This document shows positions 16,447 through 28,400 of a stretch of DNA of 64,000 nucleotides, one piece after another. The notes under the pieces were generated by a model that did not search any database, had not been told where the DNA came from, and worked only from the letters and a program-made list of their open reading frames with translations. A program made the translations under genes and the position numbers. The first letter of the stretch is position 1. Every line of letters starts with the position of its first letter. The stretch spans positions 1 to 64,000 of the IMG/VR virus record IMGVR_UViG_3300043449_002675; one strand, given 5' to 3'. The stretch is from a virus.

Positions 16447-17091
16447 TTATTTTTTCTTAACTTCTATTTCTTTTCCATTAAGAGTGAACGACTGGCTAAG
16501 TTTTACGCTGGTGATTAATTGGGGTACGCCAATATGATTGCAGATATTGTGTTTCTTGGCTGTTCTGGCGTTCATAAAAATATCTGCGTGGTTATGTTTG
16601 TGGAGCATTTCTAGGAAATAGTCTTCCTTTTTGCCTATGTTTTTTGCTGCCAGTTTGAAAATCAAATTATTCAATCTGTCTGTTTCATGAGCGTCTGATT
16701 TGATTTCTTCTACCTTGCCGAAGTTGAATGAACTAACTTCGTGTATCATGATGGTTGCATGTTCAGACATAAATCTAAGATTTTCATGGCCGAACATGAA
16801 TAGCATAGCACCGCAACTCATAGCTTTGCCATTACAAATGGTAGCAATTGGTACTGGGCTGCTTTGGAATAGGGAAATTAGTTCGAGCAGTGTGTAAACT
16901 TCGCCGCCATAGGAATCGATAACAACAGGAATTACTTTTGGGTTAGAGCTAAGTGCTTTATTGAATTCTTCATTGAAGTGTTCCAGCATTTCTGTATCAA
17001 ATGCTTTGCTTAATCTTATTAGTGGTACTTCAATTCCCAAATCGGAAAGTTTGCAGCGAATATTTTTATCAATGTCAACATAATTCTTCAT
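16447..17091 (-). CDS. clpP: ClpP-family serine protease
   Basis: IDSYGGEV, GKAMSCG (catalytic Ser), ATIMIHE (catalytic His), DIFM. Confidence 0.88.
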   Translation of the reverse strand: MKNYVDIDKNIRCKLSDLGIEVPLIRLSKAFDTEMLEHFNEEFNKALSSNPKVIPVVIDSYGGEVYTLLELISLFQSSPVPIATICNGKAMSCGAMLFMFGHENLRFMSEHATIMIHEVSSFNFGKVEEIKSDAHETDRLNNLIFKLAAKNIGKKEDYFLEMLHKHNHADIFMNARTAKKHNICNHIGVPQLITSVKLSQSFTLNGKEIEVKKK

Positions 17092-17110
17092 GGATTGTCT
17101 CCTTAAAGAA

Positions 17111-17818
17111 TTATAGCTTCTCCGAACGTTTTTTCCAGTGTTTTGTGAATCCGGTGTTAATGCAATTTAGGTTATCAAATTGCCACCCGAAGTATTGTAT
17201 GTCATCTGCAAATGCCTCTTGTGCAACTTTTACCAAATTGTCAGTGTAGTATCTTTTGTATTCGTTGTGTTTTGTTTTGTTTACATGATATTTTTTTGCA
17301 AATAATGCTGCGTCGTACTTGTGCCCGTAAGTTTTATTCAAAAAAGTACACAAAGTTTTCATGTCCTCGTTCAAATCGTGGAAATTTAAAATATAGTCTG
17401 CTTTAAAAAGATGATTTTCTATATCTATGAGTCTTTTTTGATACATGTGATAATAATCTGCATTATCAAACCTTTTTTTTGCAAGCAAATTAACATATTT
17501 TGTGAATGAGAAATTTTTAGGTAGGCTATTGCGTTTATGGTGGTATGAATAATGACTTACAATTTGATCGAATGTATTTCTGACACAGCCTATAACGAAT
17601 GGGTTTGGTGTAATTGATGGGTAATTGAATTCTATATCTTTGTAACTAGCCTTTTCCCAAGAGATATAAGGTTTTTCGAATTTTATTTGTTTGCCTATTG
17701 GTTGGTGGGCCATTTCATGCGGTTCTGCATTTCCCAAGAAGTATTGAAGTGAAGTGCCGGCGCATTTAGCAACGTGAAATAGGATAATATTATTATTTTT
17801 GAATCCTACCAGTCCCAC
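17111..17818 (-). CDS. Sulfotransferase family 2 protein
   Basis: 5'-PSB motif FHVAKCAGTSL and 3'-PB motif VRNTFDQIVSHY. Confidence 0.8.
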   Translation of the reverse strand: MGLVGFKNNNIILFHVAKCAGTSLQYFLGNAEPHEMAHQPIGKQIKFEKPYISWEKASYKDIEFNYPSITPNPFVIGCVRNTFDQIVSHYSYHHKRNSLPKNFSFTKYVNLLAKKRFDNADYYHMYQKRLIDIENHLFKADYILNFHDLNEDMKTLCTFLNKTYGHKYDAALFAKKYHVNKTKHNEYKRYYTDNLVKVAQEAFADDIQYFGWQFDNLNCINTGFTKHWKKRSEKL

Positions 17819-19110
17819 TAGATTACTTCCTTATTGATTAACCTTTCGTAAGCGTTTGGGCTGCCAAGTAAGTTCAAGAATTGTTTGATTATACTTTTGC
17901 CGATGTTTACTGGCTTGGAGAATAGGTCGGAAAGCACATGTGGATTTTTATTGCCTGATTGTACAATTCTGCCCAGCCTTAAAAGAAATTGCACATTCTC
18001 TGCGTCGAGGTCAGAAAATCCTCTGGTTTTGAGAATCTTTTCAACTTCAAATGGATCGTTGCCCAACATAAGCATAGCGGTGCCAATAATTTTGTTATTA
18101 GGAATCTGCGTGCAATCAATTTTGTCACAGATGTTTGAAAAGTGTAATTTGGGGAATATTTTGTTGAGTAAACCGGCTTTTTTGAGATTGTCCACGTATT
18201 TGGCAACTGGAACCTCTGGATTTTCGATAGTTGCCACAAACATTCTTTTGAGTATTTTGGGATCGTAATCACTGTTCTCAAAATCACGAATTTCATCTGT
18301 GAGGTCTTTGCTAAGATTGCCATTTTTTGCAAATCTTGCGGAAATCCCACAAAGGTTAAATGGAAGATATGGATTTCTTTCGAATGCAAGTTCCGGTCTG
18401 CGTATTAATTGCACTATTCCTGCTTTGAGGTCGTGCATGCCACCTTGCGGATCGATTAGTTCACCATTTTCGCCATCGGGGTCTTTAAGTTTGATATACA
18501 TGGCGTTGATTGTAATATCTCTGGTCGCAGCATCTTGTTCTATGCTGGTAGTAAATTTTGCTTTAAGGGGAACTAGTCCTCTATATTTCTCATGGATGCA
18601 GAATGGTGAAATGTATAGTTTTTGTCCATTTACCACAGCGGTGACTTCTATTTCTGTGCCTGCTTTGTCCCATCTGCTTGCATAAAAATAGTTTTTTGCC
18701 GAGTGGCTGCTGGGCAGATCTTCATATTTGTCTAGCATATGAAGGTCGTGACTTATTGGTTTTACTTCTTTGAATCTTGTCGCTGGTCCTTTTAGTATTT
18801 TTTTAATTTCATCAGGACTTGCATCTGTAACTAGGTCATAGTGGTGGAATGGTTGATTTGCAAGGTGATCTCTAACACTTGCGCCGCAAAGGTATAGAGT
18901 TTTCTTTTTCATAGTTGGTTCAACTACGCCTTTATTTTTCTCTATCGTGGTGTAGCCCAAGGGAATTTCAGCGGAGTTTTCGAATGCTTCTATGACTTTC
19001 TGCAGTGCTGGATGTGATTTGTTTGAAACCAATAATGGTCCGAACTCGCCATCAGCGTCTCTTTCTTTTAGCCTATATTTGGCTATCATAGGGTAATTCT
19101 TGTCTTCCAT
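17818..19110 (-). CDS. Class II tRNA nucleotidyltransferase/poly(A) polymerase homolog with degenerate active site
   Basis: LYLCGASVRD, YDLVTDASPDEI, DAATRDITINAMY and IDPQGGMHDL present; DxD, RRD and EDxxR altered. Confidence 0.8.
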   Translation of the reverse strand: MEDKNYPMIAKYRLKERDADGEFGPLLVSNKSHPALQKVIEAFENSAEIPLGYTTIEKNKGVVEPTMKKKTLYLCGASVRDHLANQPFHHYDLVTDASPDEIKKILKGPATRFKEVKPISHDLHMLDKYEDLPSSHSAKNYFYASRWDKAGTEIEVTAVVNGQKLYISPFCIHEKYRGLVPLKAKFTTSIEQDAATRDITINAMYIKLKDPDGENGELIDPQGGMHDLKAGIVQLIRRPELAFERNPYLPFNLCGISARFAKNGNLSKDLTDEIRDFENSDYDPKILKRMFVATIENPEVPVAKYVDNLKKAGLLNKIFPKLHFSNICDKIDCTQIPNNKIIGTAMLMLGNDPFEVEKILKTRGFSDLDAENVQFLLRLGRIVQSGNKNPHVLSDLFSKPVNIGKSIIKQFLNLLGSPNAYERLINKEVI

Positions 19111-19113
19111 TCT

Positions 19114-19542
19114 TTAACCACCAATAAGAATTTTCGATATGTATGCTACAAGTAATGGAGCTATAATAGACGCCATTACAAAAGCTACAATATTTATATA
19201 GATCTGGATTCTATCTATTTTTGCTTCTAATTTTTCAAATTTTATTTTGATGCCAGACAATGTTTCTGAAACGGCATCTTGTTCTTCAAGGCAATCTTTG
19301 ACATTATTTTCCAAAAGTAGTATCTTTTGTGAAGAAAAATCTATTTTGGTAATGGCACTATTAAAGTCTTTTGCTTCTACGTGAGTAAGTCTTGCTGCCA
19401 ACTCTGCATATGTTTTAGATAAATTCTCAAATCTATCAGATAACTTATCCTGTCCATCGTTAAGATTGTCAGTGTGGGTATCGAGCTTTTCTAGAAGCTG
19501 TCTTAAAAGCTCTTCAGTGTTATTTGGTTGTCTGGGTGCCAT
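19114..19542 (-). CDS. Coiled-coil protein with C-terminal TM helix
   Basis: Heptads followed by IVAFVMASIIAPLLVAYI; TATAAATA upstream. Confidence 0.7.
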   Translation of the reverse strand: MAPRQPNNTEELLRQLLEKLDTHTDNLNDGQDKLSDRFENLSKTYAELAARLTHVEAKDFNSAITKIDFSSQKILLLENNVKDCLEEQDAVSETLSGIKIKFEKLEAKIDRIQIYINIVAFVMASIIAPLLVAYISKILIGG

Positions 19543-19653
19543 TTATTTATTTATAATATTTTTGCAATATTTGCAGTATGTTTGAGTGAATTAATTTAAG
19601 TTTGGTTTTATAGATATAGTAAGGAATCTTGCGAGATTTCTTTTATAGATATT

Positions 19654-20085
19654 ATGAGTAGAGAACCAGCAATACCAGTGCCGCAAATGAATGTGGCATT
19701 GCCGCCTCAGGGGCAGATAACCAACCTGACTGATCAGGACCTTCAGTCAATATACACTGAAATTCTTGATGATTTAAGAAGTGACAGAAGAGAGATAGAT
19801 ATTTTGCTGAATAACTTCGTTGAGATGGTGATGAATGAGGGAGACAGCAGCACTTCATCAAAAGAAGCGGTAGTTAATTTGGTGAAGATAAAGAATGATG
19901 TGGCAGACAAGAAGGCCAAGATTGCAGATTTGATGACATCTCTGGTTATTAAGGAGAAGAGTATCAGTAAATTAACAGCTAATCAGACGAACCACATACA
20001 TATAACAGATAAAAGGGCAATTTTGGAATCTATTAAAAACGCAAAAAAGGTGAAAAATGAGCAGCAATTGGGCAACAATCAATGA
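19654..20085 (+). CDS. Hypothetical helical protein
   Basis: Long ORF, tandem TAGATA boxes upstream. Confidence 0.7.
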   Translation: MSREPAIPVPQMNVALPPQGQITNLTDQDLQSIYTEILDDLRSDRREIDILLNNFVEMVMNEGDSSTSSKEAVVNLVKIKNDVADKKAKIADLMTSLVIKEKSISKLTANQTNHIHITDKRAILESIKNAKKVKNEQQLGNNQ

Positions 20086-21397
20086 TTGGCTAGTCAAGGA
20101 AGACAACGGTGGTGTGGATGTATTGTCTTCTGCACTAGATGGATCAGCTGGTGGTGGCTCTGGTATTCCGCCGCAGGATGCACAGAATCCCGGCAGAGAC
20201 GGTGCTGGCGCTCCTAGTCCTCCTTTGGAAAACAGGGGTGGCGCTAATCCTATGGAAAAACCAGTTCCAGTAGGTGCTCCCGGTCCCCAAATGGCCGAAC
20301 CTATTGCTCCCGATATGCCCGAAAAGGAAGATGCAAAAGACGCAAACTTTGAAATGTGGAAGAGCAAGTTCTTCAAAGATAGCGTTAAGGGTGACGTAAA
20401 TAGTCTGCTCGAAGCTTGCATGGCGATGAGAAACAAAGAATTGGACACTTATCCAAGAAAATTCGTTGAAGACAACATTCAAATTCTATTTTTGCGTCAG
20501 AATGCAAATATTGATAAAGCTTCTCAGGCAATACGCAAGTTCATAAGAGAAAATCTTGATCATAACAATCCTGCAAGTAGCTTGATTCAAGGAACAGTAA
20601 CTACAATCCAGCCTATGCCAGAATTGTGCAACACATTTATTAAAATGCTCGGCTTATACAGCAATAAAGCCGATATGCACAGAAAATATATTGCGGCATT
20701 GCTCGGAGCTATCCAAGTTGGATCTGGTGGATCTAATGAAGACCTTATTTTCAATCAGAGAGAATATAGCATTAGAATTTCTACCAGAATGAATTCAAAA
20801 TTTGGCATGATTGATCTTGGCAAGTGGTTCATGGATGCCAATGATCCTGAAAAGTACCTATCGGAGTCAGAATTAGACATGATGGAGAATGGTTCTCCAG
20901 AAGAGAAGTCTGTTCTGCGCAAAAGAGTTATTTTAGAAAGCATAGCCAACAATTTCAGAATGCGTTCTTTTTATATGAACGTCGTAGAGCTGAATGGTAC
21001 AAATTATTTTGTAGGCGCAGACTTTGCTAATGCTCTCAGAGACGGATACACAGAGGGCAAATTAGTTGTGAAGAATTTAGTTAACGATTTTTCCGAAAGT
21101 TTCTTCGATAGCGAAGGAGAAATGGTTACTCTTCCTGACATCAAGATTATGTACAACACCAATACTGGCAAGATCAACAATGAAGGCGAGCCAGTAATGA
21201 TTGAAAATGAATTTATTACACGCAGAGATGGAATGTTGTTTTTAACTGCCAGTTTGGAAGTGTTGAAAGAGGCAGCTACCACTTTCCAAGGTATAGTCGT
21301 CAAGGAAATACCATTTGTTGGCAATCCCTCCGACATCAATACCCTTATTCACTGTGTTCCATCCGCACCGGAAATACTATTAAGAAATTGCGCCTAA
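20057..21397 (+). CDS. Hypothetical (probably virion) protein
   Basis: 446-aa ORF; TINDWLVKE start, Pro/Gly-rich linker. Confidence 0.75.
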   Translation: MSSNWATINDWLVKEDNGGVDVLSSALDGSAGGGSGIPPQDAQNPGRDGAGAPSPPLENRGGANPMEKPVPVGAPGPQMAEPIAPDMPEKEDAKDANFEMWKSKFFKDSVKGDVNSLLEACMAMRNKELDTYPRKFVEDNIQILFLRQNANIDKASQAIRKFIRENLDHNNPASSLIQGTVTTIQPMPELCNTFIKMLGLYSNKADMHRKYIAALLGAIQVGSGGSNEDLIFNQREYSIRISTRMNSKFGMIDLGKWFMDANDPEKYLSESELDMMENGSPEEKSVLRKRVILESIANNFRMRSFYMNVVELNGTNYFVGADFANALRDGYTEGKLVVKNLVNDFSESFFDSEGEMVTLPDIKIMYNTNTGKINNEGEPVMIENEFITRRDGMLFLTASLEVLKEAATTFQGIVVKEIPFVGNPSDINTLIHCVPSAPEILLRNCA

Positions 21398-21411
21398 TAG
21401 GTAAATAAAGT

Positions 21412-21936
21412 ATGCAGACCTTTCTTGAATACGCTATTCACAGAGTAAAGACCTTTGAGCCAAAAAGATTGCACAATCTTTATTTGGCTTTAAAAAAGGG
21501 CGGTCTTGCAGTTATCAATCGTATTCATCAGCAAAATGATCCGCATCTTTGGGTACAGGCTCATCCTCAACCTGAAGAATATAGAGGCATAAGAGTTTAT
21601 CTTCTTGGAAACATATGTGCTTTCAGAGTTCAAAAGCTTGAAAGCACTGAGCCTTATGGAAAATCCTATCTTTTGGATCTGCAAGAAATGTATGACAACA
21701 TTCTTGAGGATTTAGGCGAGGAAGAGGACAATAAGGATCCCAATAAAGCCATGGACATTTTAATCAAGCAGATGTGCGATAAAATTAGGAAATTCTACAT
21801 TGATTCGATTAAGGACGAAGAGGAATTCCTTTCTGCTCAACTTGATGGGCCAGAAAGACAAGATATTGGTGGCGCTGCAATATTGCCCGTTACTGGCATT
21901 GATTACTCAAGCACCGTTTACAGCACCAAAAACTAA
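21412..21936 (+). CDS. Hypothetical protein, capsid-targeting-like N-terminus
   Basis: MQTFLEY; TAAATA 4 nt upstream. Confidence 0.7.
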   Translation: MQTFLEYAIHRVKTFEPKRLHNLYLALKKGGLAVINRIHQQNDPHLWVQAHPQPEEYRGIRVYLLGNICAFRVQKLESTEPYGKSYLLDLQEMYDNILEDLGEEEDNKDPNKAMDILIKQMCDKIRKFYIDSIKDEEEFLSAQLDGPERQDIGGAAILPVTGIDYSSTVYSTKN

Positions 21937-21961
21937 TTAGATTGGTTGCCATACATATTTT

Positions 21962-22465
21962 ATGGCAAAAAGTAAAACAGATTTGTTCTTGGAAATGGCT
22001 TTTGACTATAACAGAGGCTCAAGGAATCTATCTGGCATACAGATACTCAGCAGATTAAAGACTGGCAGCATAATTCAATTTGGGTATGATTTTGCCAAAC
22101 ATGACAGAACACCTTTGGTAATACTTACAGAGAATAATGCGCAAGAATTCAAAGGCTTAAACCTCCATTATATTTTACCTGATCCAATTTTACAGATAGT
22201 TTCACCTTTTGGCATGAATGCATGTAATAATCCAAGGTTTTCGTGGCAAACTGTGAAGTATAACCCATATATAAAAAAGGCATTCCGTATCTATAAAAAG
22301 AACGGAGTCAAGAATTTAAGACTTCTAGACTGTGATTATTTAAAGAGGATAATAACCGCCTCTAGGAAGCTTAATTTGCAGGATTTGACGGCATTACGCT
22401 CAGCTATAGATGCGCAATTGCGGCAGACAAATCAAAATGCAGGGGATTTTACGAATAGAGCATAA
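21962..22465 (+). CDS. T4 gp2-like DNA end protector
   Basis: FGYDFAKHDRTPLVI..FKGLNLHYI...AFRIYK. Confidence 0.65.
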   Translation: MAKSKTDLFLEMAFDYNRGSRNLSGIQILSRLKTGSIIQFGYDFAKHDRTPLVILTENNAQEFKGLNLHYILPDPILQIVSPFGMNACNNPRFSWQTVKYNPYIKKAFRIYKKNGVKNLRLLDCDYLKRIITASRKLNLQDLTALRSAIDAQLRQTNQNAGDFTNRA

Positions 22466-22467
22466 GT

Positions 22468-25400
22468 ATGGCAGTAGATTTAACAGGTAACAGTTTTGAA
22501 GGAAGTATGGAAGACCTTAAGGCTGCCATGATGGGGCTTACTGCGGCAACTACCGGAGTAAAAAGTACCTTAGATACTAAAATGCCCGACTATAAAGCCA
22601 TGCTGGATGAGCTAAAAAAGCTTCCAAGTTTTTTGAACGGTTTTAATAACACAGTTAGAGACTTGACTGCCGCCGTAGATGCTTTGGGTAAAAAACCATC
22701 AGGTGGAGGAGGCGGCAGTGGCACTATAGATGCCCAGCCCATAGTAGACGCTGTAACAAAACTTCAGGATTGCTTGTGTGGCAATCAAGTAAACAAACAA
22801 GAAAAACATTTTCTAAGTTTGCAATTCAAGATGTTTAAAAATGTCTTAGGGATGTATTTTCAGCCATTGAAGAAGAGTGAAGCTGCCGTAACACCTGCCC
22901 CTTCTACCGCACCAGTTCCTGCTGGTGGTGGCGAAGAAGACAGCGGATCAAGAAGAAGAAGGCGAAGTTATTACGATGATGATTATGATAATCTACCAGT
23001 AAAATTTCTAAAATTCATAGAAAATTTACGTGGAAAAGTGGAGCACGCCTTCTTGGGTTTTGATGAAAAGTCAACCGTAACATCAAAGCTTTTAGGTGAT
23101 ATGGTGGCTGTAGAAAACAGATTTAACATTCAACTAAAAGAAACTGCTTTCGAAGTTGCCGGCATAAGTTCGGAAATGAAATCTGCACAAAAAGCCTACA
23201 CAGATGTAGGTCAATCCGTTGCGGAAACTGGCGTAAACAGAACAAAATACTTAGAACAGTATACAGAAAATTTTAGAGCCGGTATTACAGATGCAAAAGT
23301 TCTAAGCAGAGTTACAAAACAAACTTTGGCTACTGAAAAGCAACTTGGCATGGAAGTCGGATCTCTTAGTGAAACTTTTCGTGATTTAACACTATCCGGA
23401 AAATTAAATACTGTGCAGATCGGCGCTATGGGCAGGGGAATGCAAGAGGTTGCCAGAAATACTGGATTAACCGGAAAACATCTACAGGCGGCATTATCGG
23501 ATAGCAAACCATTTTTAGATAATCTTAAGAAAGCCGCAACATTCTCGGCAGCGTCGGCAAAAAATATATTGGAAATTGCTGCTAACGCAAAGAAATTAGG
23601 AGTTGAAGACAGCACGAAGAATTTATTAAGTGCTGCAACGAGCACAGTAAATCTCATAACTGGAGCAAATGATGAGACAAAAGCGTTCTTATACAATGCA
23701 GCCGGTAGAGTTGGCAAGATAACACAGTTACAACTTGGAGTATTAACCAGAACCAAAAAGGGAATAAAAGACTTGGCTTCCGGCATGGAAGATGTACTTA
23801 AAGGATTCGGAGTACAGTCTATAGAAGAAATTGAAAATTTACCTGATGAAATAAAATTTAGATTGAACCTCCAGCTAAAAGGTGCATTTGGCATGGAGCT
23901 GGGTGAGATTACAAGAACGGTTCAAGCTTTCAAAGAGGCCGGCAAAGGTTTATCAGACCGTTTAGGTGAAATAAACAAAAAAAGAGAGTTAAATTTAACA
24001 TTAGAAGAAAAAGCTAAGCTTGCTGAAGAAGAGAGAAGATTAAGAGCTGGAGCAACATTAGACGTTTTGACAGGACTTAGTGAGGCAAGCAAGGGCGCTA
24101 AGAGCATGGATGAAGCGATGGCTCGCTTCAGCAATAGACTACCGGAATTTTCAGATGATATTAAAGCTTTGGGAGGAGATTTTTCTAGTGCTAAAGGAGC
24201 CGCAAAGTTTTCCATAGAATCGGCAGTTAAAAGTTTAAATGAAGGATTAACTAAAGTTGGTGAAAAGCCTCTTGAAATTGATCAGATGCAAATTGAGAAA
24301 GCACTGAGCAATAAAGATGAATATAACCTGTTAATGGAACGTTTGAATGAAGCAAATAACAAATTAGCTACAGCCCAAAAAGCTGAACTAGATCCTGTTC
24401 TTAAGACATCGCTTACACTAGAAAAATATAATGATTATTTTAGAGATCAATTCAGCAAACCGGCTTTAGACATTTTAAAAGCACAACTTGGCTTTCAAGG
24501 CATGATGGCGTTTGCCTTAAGTTCTATGGCTGCATCAGGATTGCTTAACTTAAGACAATTGTATGTTACTTTTGAAGATTCGCTGGAAACTCTTGGAAAT
24601 AGACTTGGAATCAAGCAGCCGGAATGGCTGAAAAGTATTTTGGGGTGGTTTAAGCCAAAAGCTGTCTCTCCAACGGGACCTAGTCCAGCGCCTGCGCCCG
24701 GACCTGCGCCCGGACCTGCGCCCGGACCTACACCCGGACCCGCACCCGGACCTGCGCCCGGTTGTCCGGACCTAAGCAATTTTCAATTCAATGTGAATAA
24801 GGAACTTTTCGTCAAGGCAGCCAAAGTTTTAGGTGCTATGGTTGTTGGAATTGCCATGTTGTCAGCAGCTATTGCCTTATTAGCTGCTATAGTAAAAATT
24901 TATAGCAATGTAGTAGGAATAGATCCTCTCAAGGTTGCATACGATATTTCGGCAATTATACTTGCCGGCGCAATTATTTTGACAGAAGCCGGTCTGGCTG
25001 CTTGGGCATTACAAAAAGCATATGACACCTATGGCAAAGATTTAATGGTATGGTCTCAAGGTGGTTGGGTATTGCTATTTGCAGTAATCCTAGCTGGCGT
25101 AGCAGCAGCTTTGATTGCGATATCTACCGGCATCTTATATTTGGGAAACAGTCTAGCTCAGAAAGCAGGCTTCACATCTCCGCAACAAGCTGCTGAAACT
25201 GGAGCATTAATTACAGCAATTTTGACAGCAGGTTTAATTATATTGTCCGCAGTAGGGGCGTTTGCTTATGGTTTTGCAAAAGCGCTTCCTTCATTTTTTG
25301 CAGCTTTTGCTGCCCTAGGGCCTTTGTCAGTCTGGGCGGGAGTTGGCATAGCAGCAATGTTTCTAATTGGTCTGCCAGCTTTGGGCGCATTCATGGTGGC

Positions 25401-28400
25401 CGTATCAATAGGGCTACTTAAATTAGCAGACTACATTTTAGGCGCAGTAGACATAGACATGGGGAGACTACAGGAAACGGCAAAGACTATATCCATTTTA
25501 GCCGGATCTGCTCTAATAGTCATGCTAGCCATAGCAGGATCGGCTGCTGCCGTTATGGGAACAGCAGCACTTATGGCAAAGCTTAAAGAATACAATGTTG
25601 GACTAGAAGAAATTAACAAGAGCTTATATCTATTGGGTAAAATTGGTCTTTCACTAGTTGGACTGATAGGAGTTCTGTCTTTGGTAGTTGCTGGCATTAA
25701 TCAAATAGATGTTGGGAGCAAAGAGCAAGAATTTAAGAATGCCGAAAATATATTAAATTTAGTCAACAAAATGCTTTTGGCTATGGCACCTATGCTTGCT
25801 GTAGTTATAGCACTTACTGCCGCACTAACCTACTTAAGTATTCAACAACAAAGTGTAGCAGATGAAACTCAGAGAATAGACATATATGATGTTATTGCAA
25901 ACGCTGGAGCAGTAATGACATTTTTGTTGGGTTTATTTACACTTTTACCGCCAATGGTTGCGGGAATAATAAATCTGACTAGTAAACTTGTAGCTTTAGT
26001 TGCCGATCCCAAACAACTAGAATCACAGGTAACAGCTCTCCAATCTATAATGATGTCTTTTTATAAAGCAATGTTAATTATGCTTCCTATGGTTGCAATT
26101 GCTTTAGGTATTGGCATTTTGATGCAAAAAATTGGCGTTGGTGTTGTTGCAGCAGCGAAATTACTGGGTAAGGGATTGGCGATTTTGACAGTCTTGATTG
26201 CTGTTGGAACTGTCTTGATGTCTATAGGCATTGGCGTTGCGTACTTTTTAAACAACATGCTTTCAGGAGAAATGTTTACAAATGAAGGCGCTGATTTATT
26301 TGCAACAAGAATAAGTAATTTGGCATATGTGATGGGGGCGATGGCCTTATACATAACCTTAGCAGCTGCCGCTGCTGCTTGGGCAACCTTAGCGGTTATA
26401 GCGGCAGGCGTAACATTTCTGTTATTTTCTGGTGCTCTTGCTACATTTGGTTGGACTTTCTATTTGGCTATGGCTGGGCTGGCTACAGTAAATGAAGCAC
26501 TAAATCAAATAAGTTTTAAAGATTTAATGTTAATGCCTTTGAAGCTATCTGCTGTTACCATGTCGCTTTACTTGCTTGTAAGATCGTTTGATTTATTGCG
26601 CACACTGGACGTTTCAGGAGTGGATGAAGCTGCTGGCAAAATGCGATCTCTTGCTACACCAACACTTGAAGTAGCAAAAATATTGAATGATCTAAATATT
26701 GCCTTATATCAAGTTGTAAACATGGCTGGTGCAGAAGCAGGGCCAAAAGCATTGAGTATAGTGGTAGAAACAGCCAAAAACATATCTCAATTTTTCTATG
26801 ATATAACTACTATGGACATGCCAGATGCAGCCAAACTGCAAAAGGCATATTTTAAATTTGTTACAGTAGCTGGTTATGTTGCCGAATTTGTTACAATTGT
26901 AAAACATATTGCCATAATTCCCAAAGTTCTAAAGTTTACGCCTGCACTAGCCAAGAAAGCTTCCCAAACCTACGTTGAAATGTCAACGATGATGACATCG
27001 TTCCTACAAGCCTTAACTGCATATGCTGATTCGGTTGAAAAGTTCAAGAGTATGCAGTGGGATAAATTTGCCATGGGTCTGCTGGGAACCAAGGAAAAAG
27101 ATACCATCAGGGATATGATCAAGTTCTCTCAAACGCTTGTAGAAACTACTGCAAAGCTTGGGGAAGAATTTGATGCGGAACAACATTTGAATGCAGTAGG
27201 AGCTTTGGAAAATGCCGGCAACGTTTTGGCTTTGTTTGCCAAAGCAATGGAAAGCTTCCAAGCCGGTCAAAAGGCGGTAACAGGAGCAGTTGAAGGGTAT
27301 AGTGCCGGTATTAAAGAGAGATCAAGAGCCTTAAGAAAAGCAGGCAAAAATGATGGCGAAACCGATGAGTTTGTCAACGTAAGTAAAGATCTGCTGCAAT
27401 CGATGACAAAAATTATCAAAGTGATATATGACAATTTGGCAAATAACCAATATTTGCACGCCAATAATGTTGCCATGATGGCCGATAAATTAAATAATCT
27501 TTCTTCTGCGATTGATGTGTTCGGTAAATCCATGGAAAATATATCATCAAAATTGAATGCATTATTTAAATACGAAAGTACTTGGTTTGGCTTGGGAAGC
27601 AAAGCAACTGGTGAGGGAGCCAAATTAAGTGAAAGTGCTGCTGGTGTTAGAGTTGGAGTAATAGAAATATTTGATGCCATAGACACTATATTCAAAACTT
27701 TTACAGAAAAACAAAGACATGATTCTTGGGTAAAAAGCCTTACAGAATTAGAAAAGTTCCAAGATATATTTGGCAAGGTTACAAGCGCCATGGGGAAAAT
27801 TGCTGATACATTTAAAGTATTTTATGACGTTGTAACTAAAAAGTTTGCAAACATAGCTCCGGATAAAACATTTTTCAAAAATGCTGATGGCGAGCACAAA
27901 GACTGGAGTAAGTTTAATGCATTTGTGGACAAAATGGGAGATGCCATGTCCTCCTTGGGCTCTATTGTCACAATAGTAGTAGACAAAATAAATACAAATT
28001 TGACAGTTGACAATAGTGCTGTTCAAGCTGTGATTGCAAAAATTGGAAAGATTGATCCATTTTTGAGGAGTCTGGTAAGCGTTGCGACTAGCATTCAGCA
28101 GCTCGATCAGATGGGTGGGGTCAATGTACCAGAAGGACAAACAATAAAAGATTCCGGCAATAGACTAGCGGAAGCAGCTGCTGGAGTTCTGTCGGTGGCC
28201 AACGATATTGCCGTTAAAACTGCAAATATTGATATGGCCGGAACAGCAACGGCCGCATTGAAACTCGCAGCAGTAAGTAAATTTATAGATCCATTAGTAA
28301 ATTTCTTGAAAATGTTTTCCGATAAAAGTGATTTACTTGCCAAGGCGAACAAGGATGCAAGCGTAGTCCCTCCTGTAGATAACATAAAAACAAATGCACC

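Noticed and set aside
16447-17091. ClpP as the protease that removes the capsid-targeting tags
   Set aside because: It has an SD-led, non-late upstream region and no head genes nearby. Cleavage after Glu is a property of gp21-type proteases, which are not in this window.
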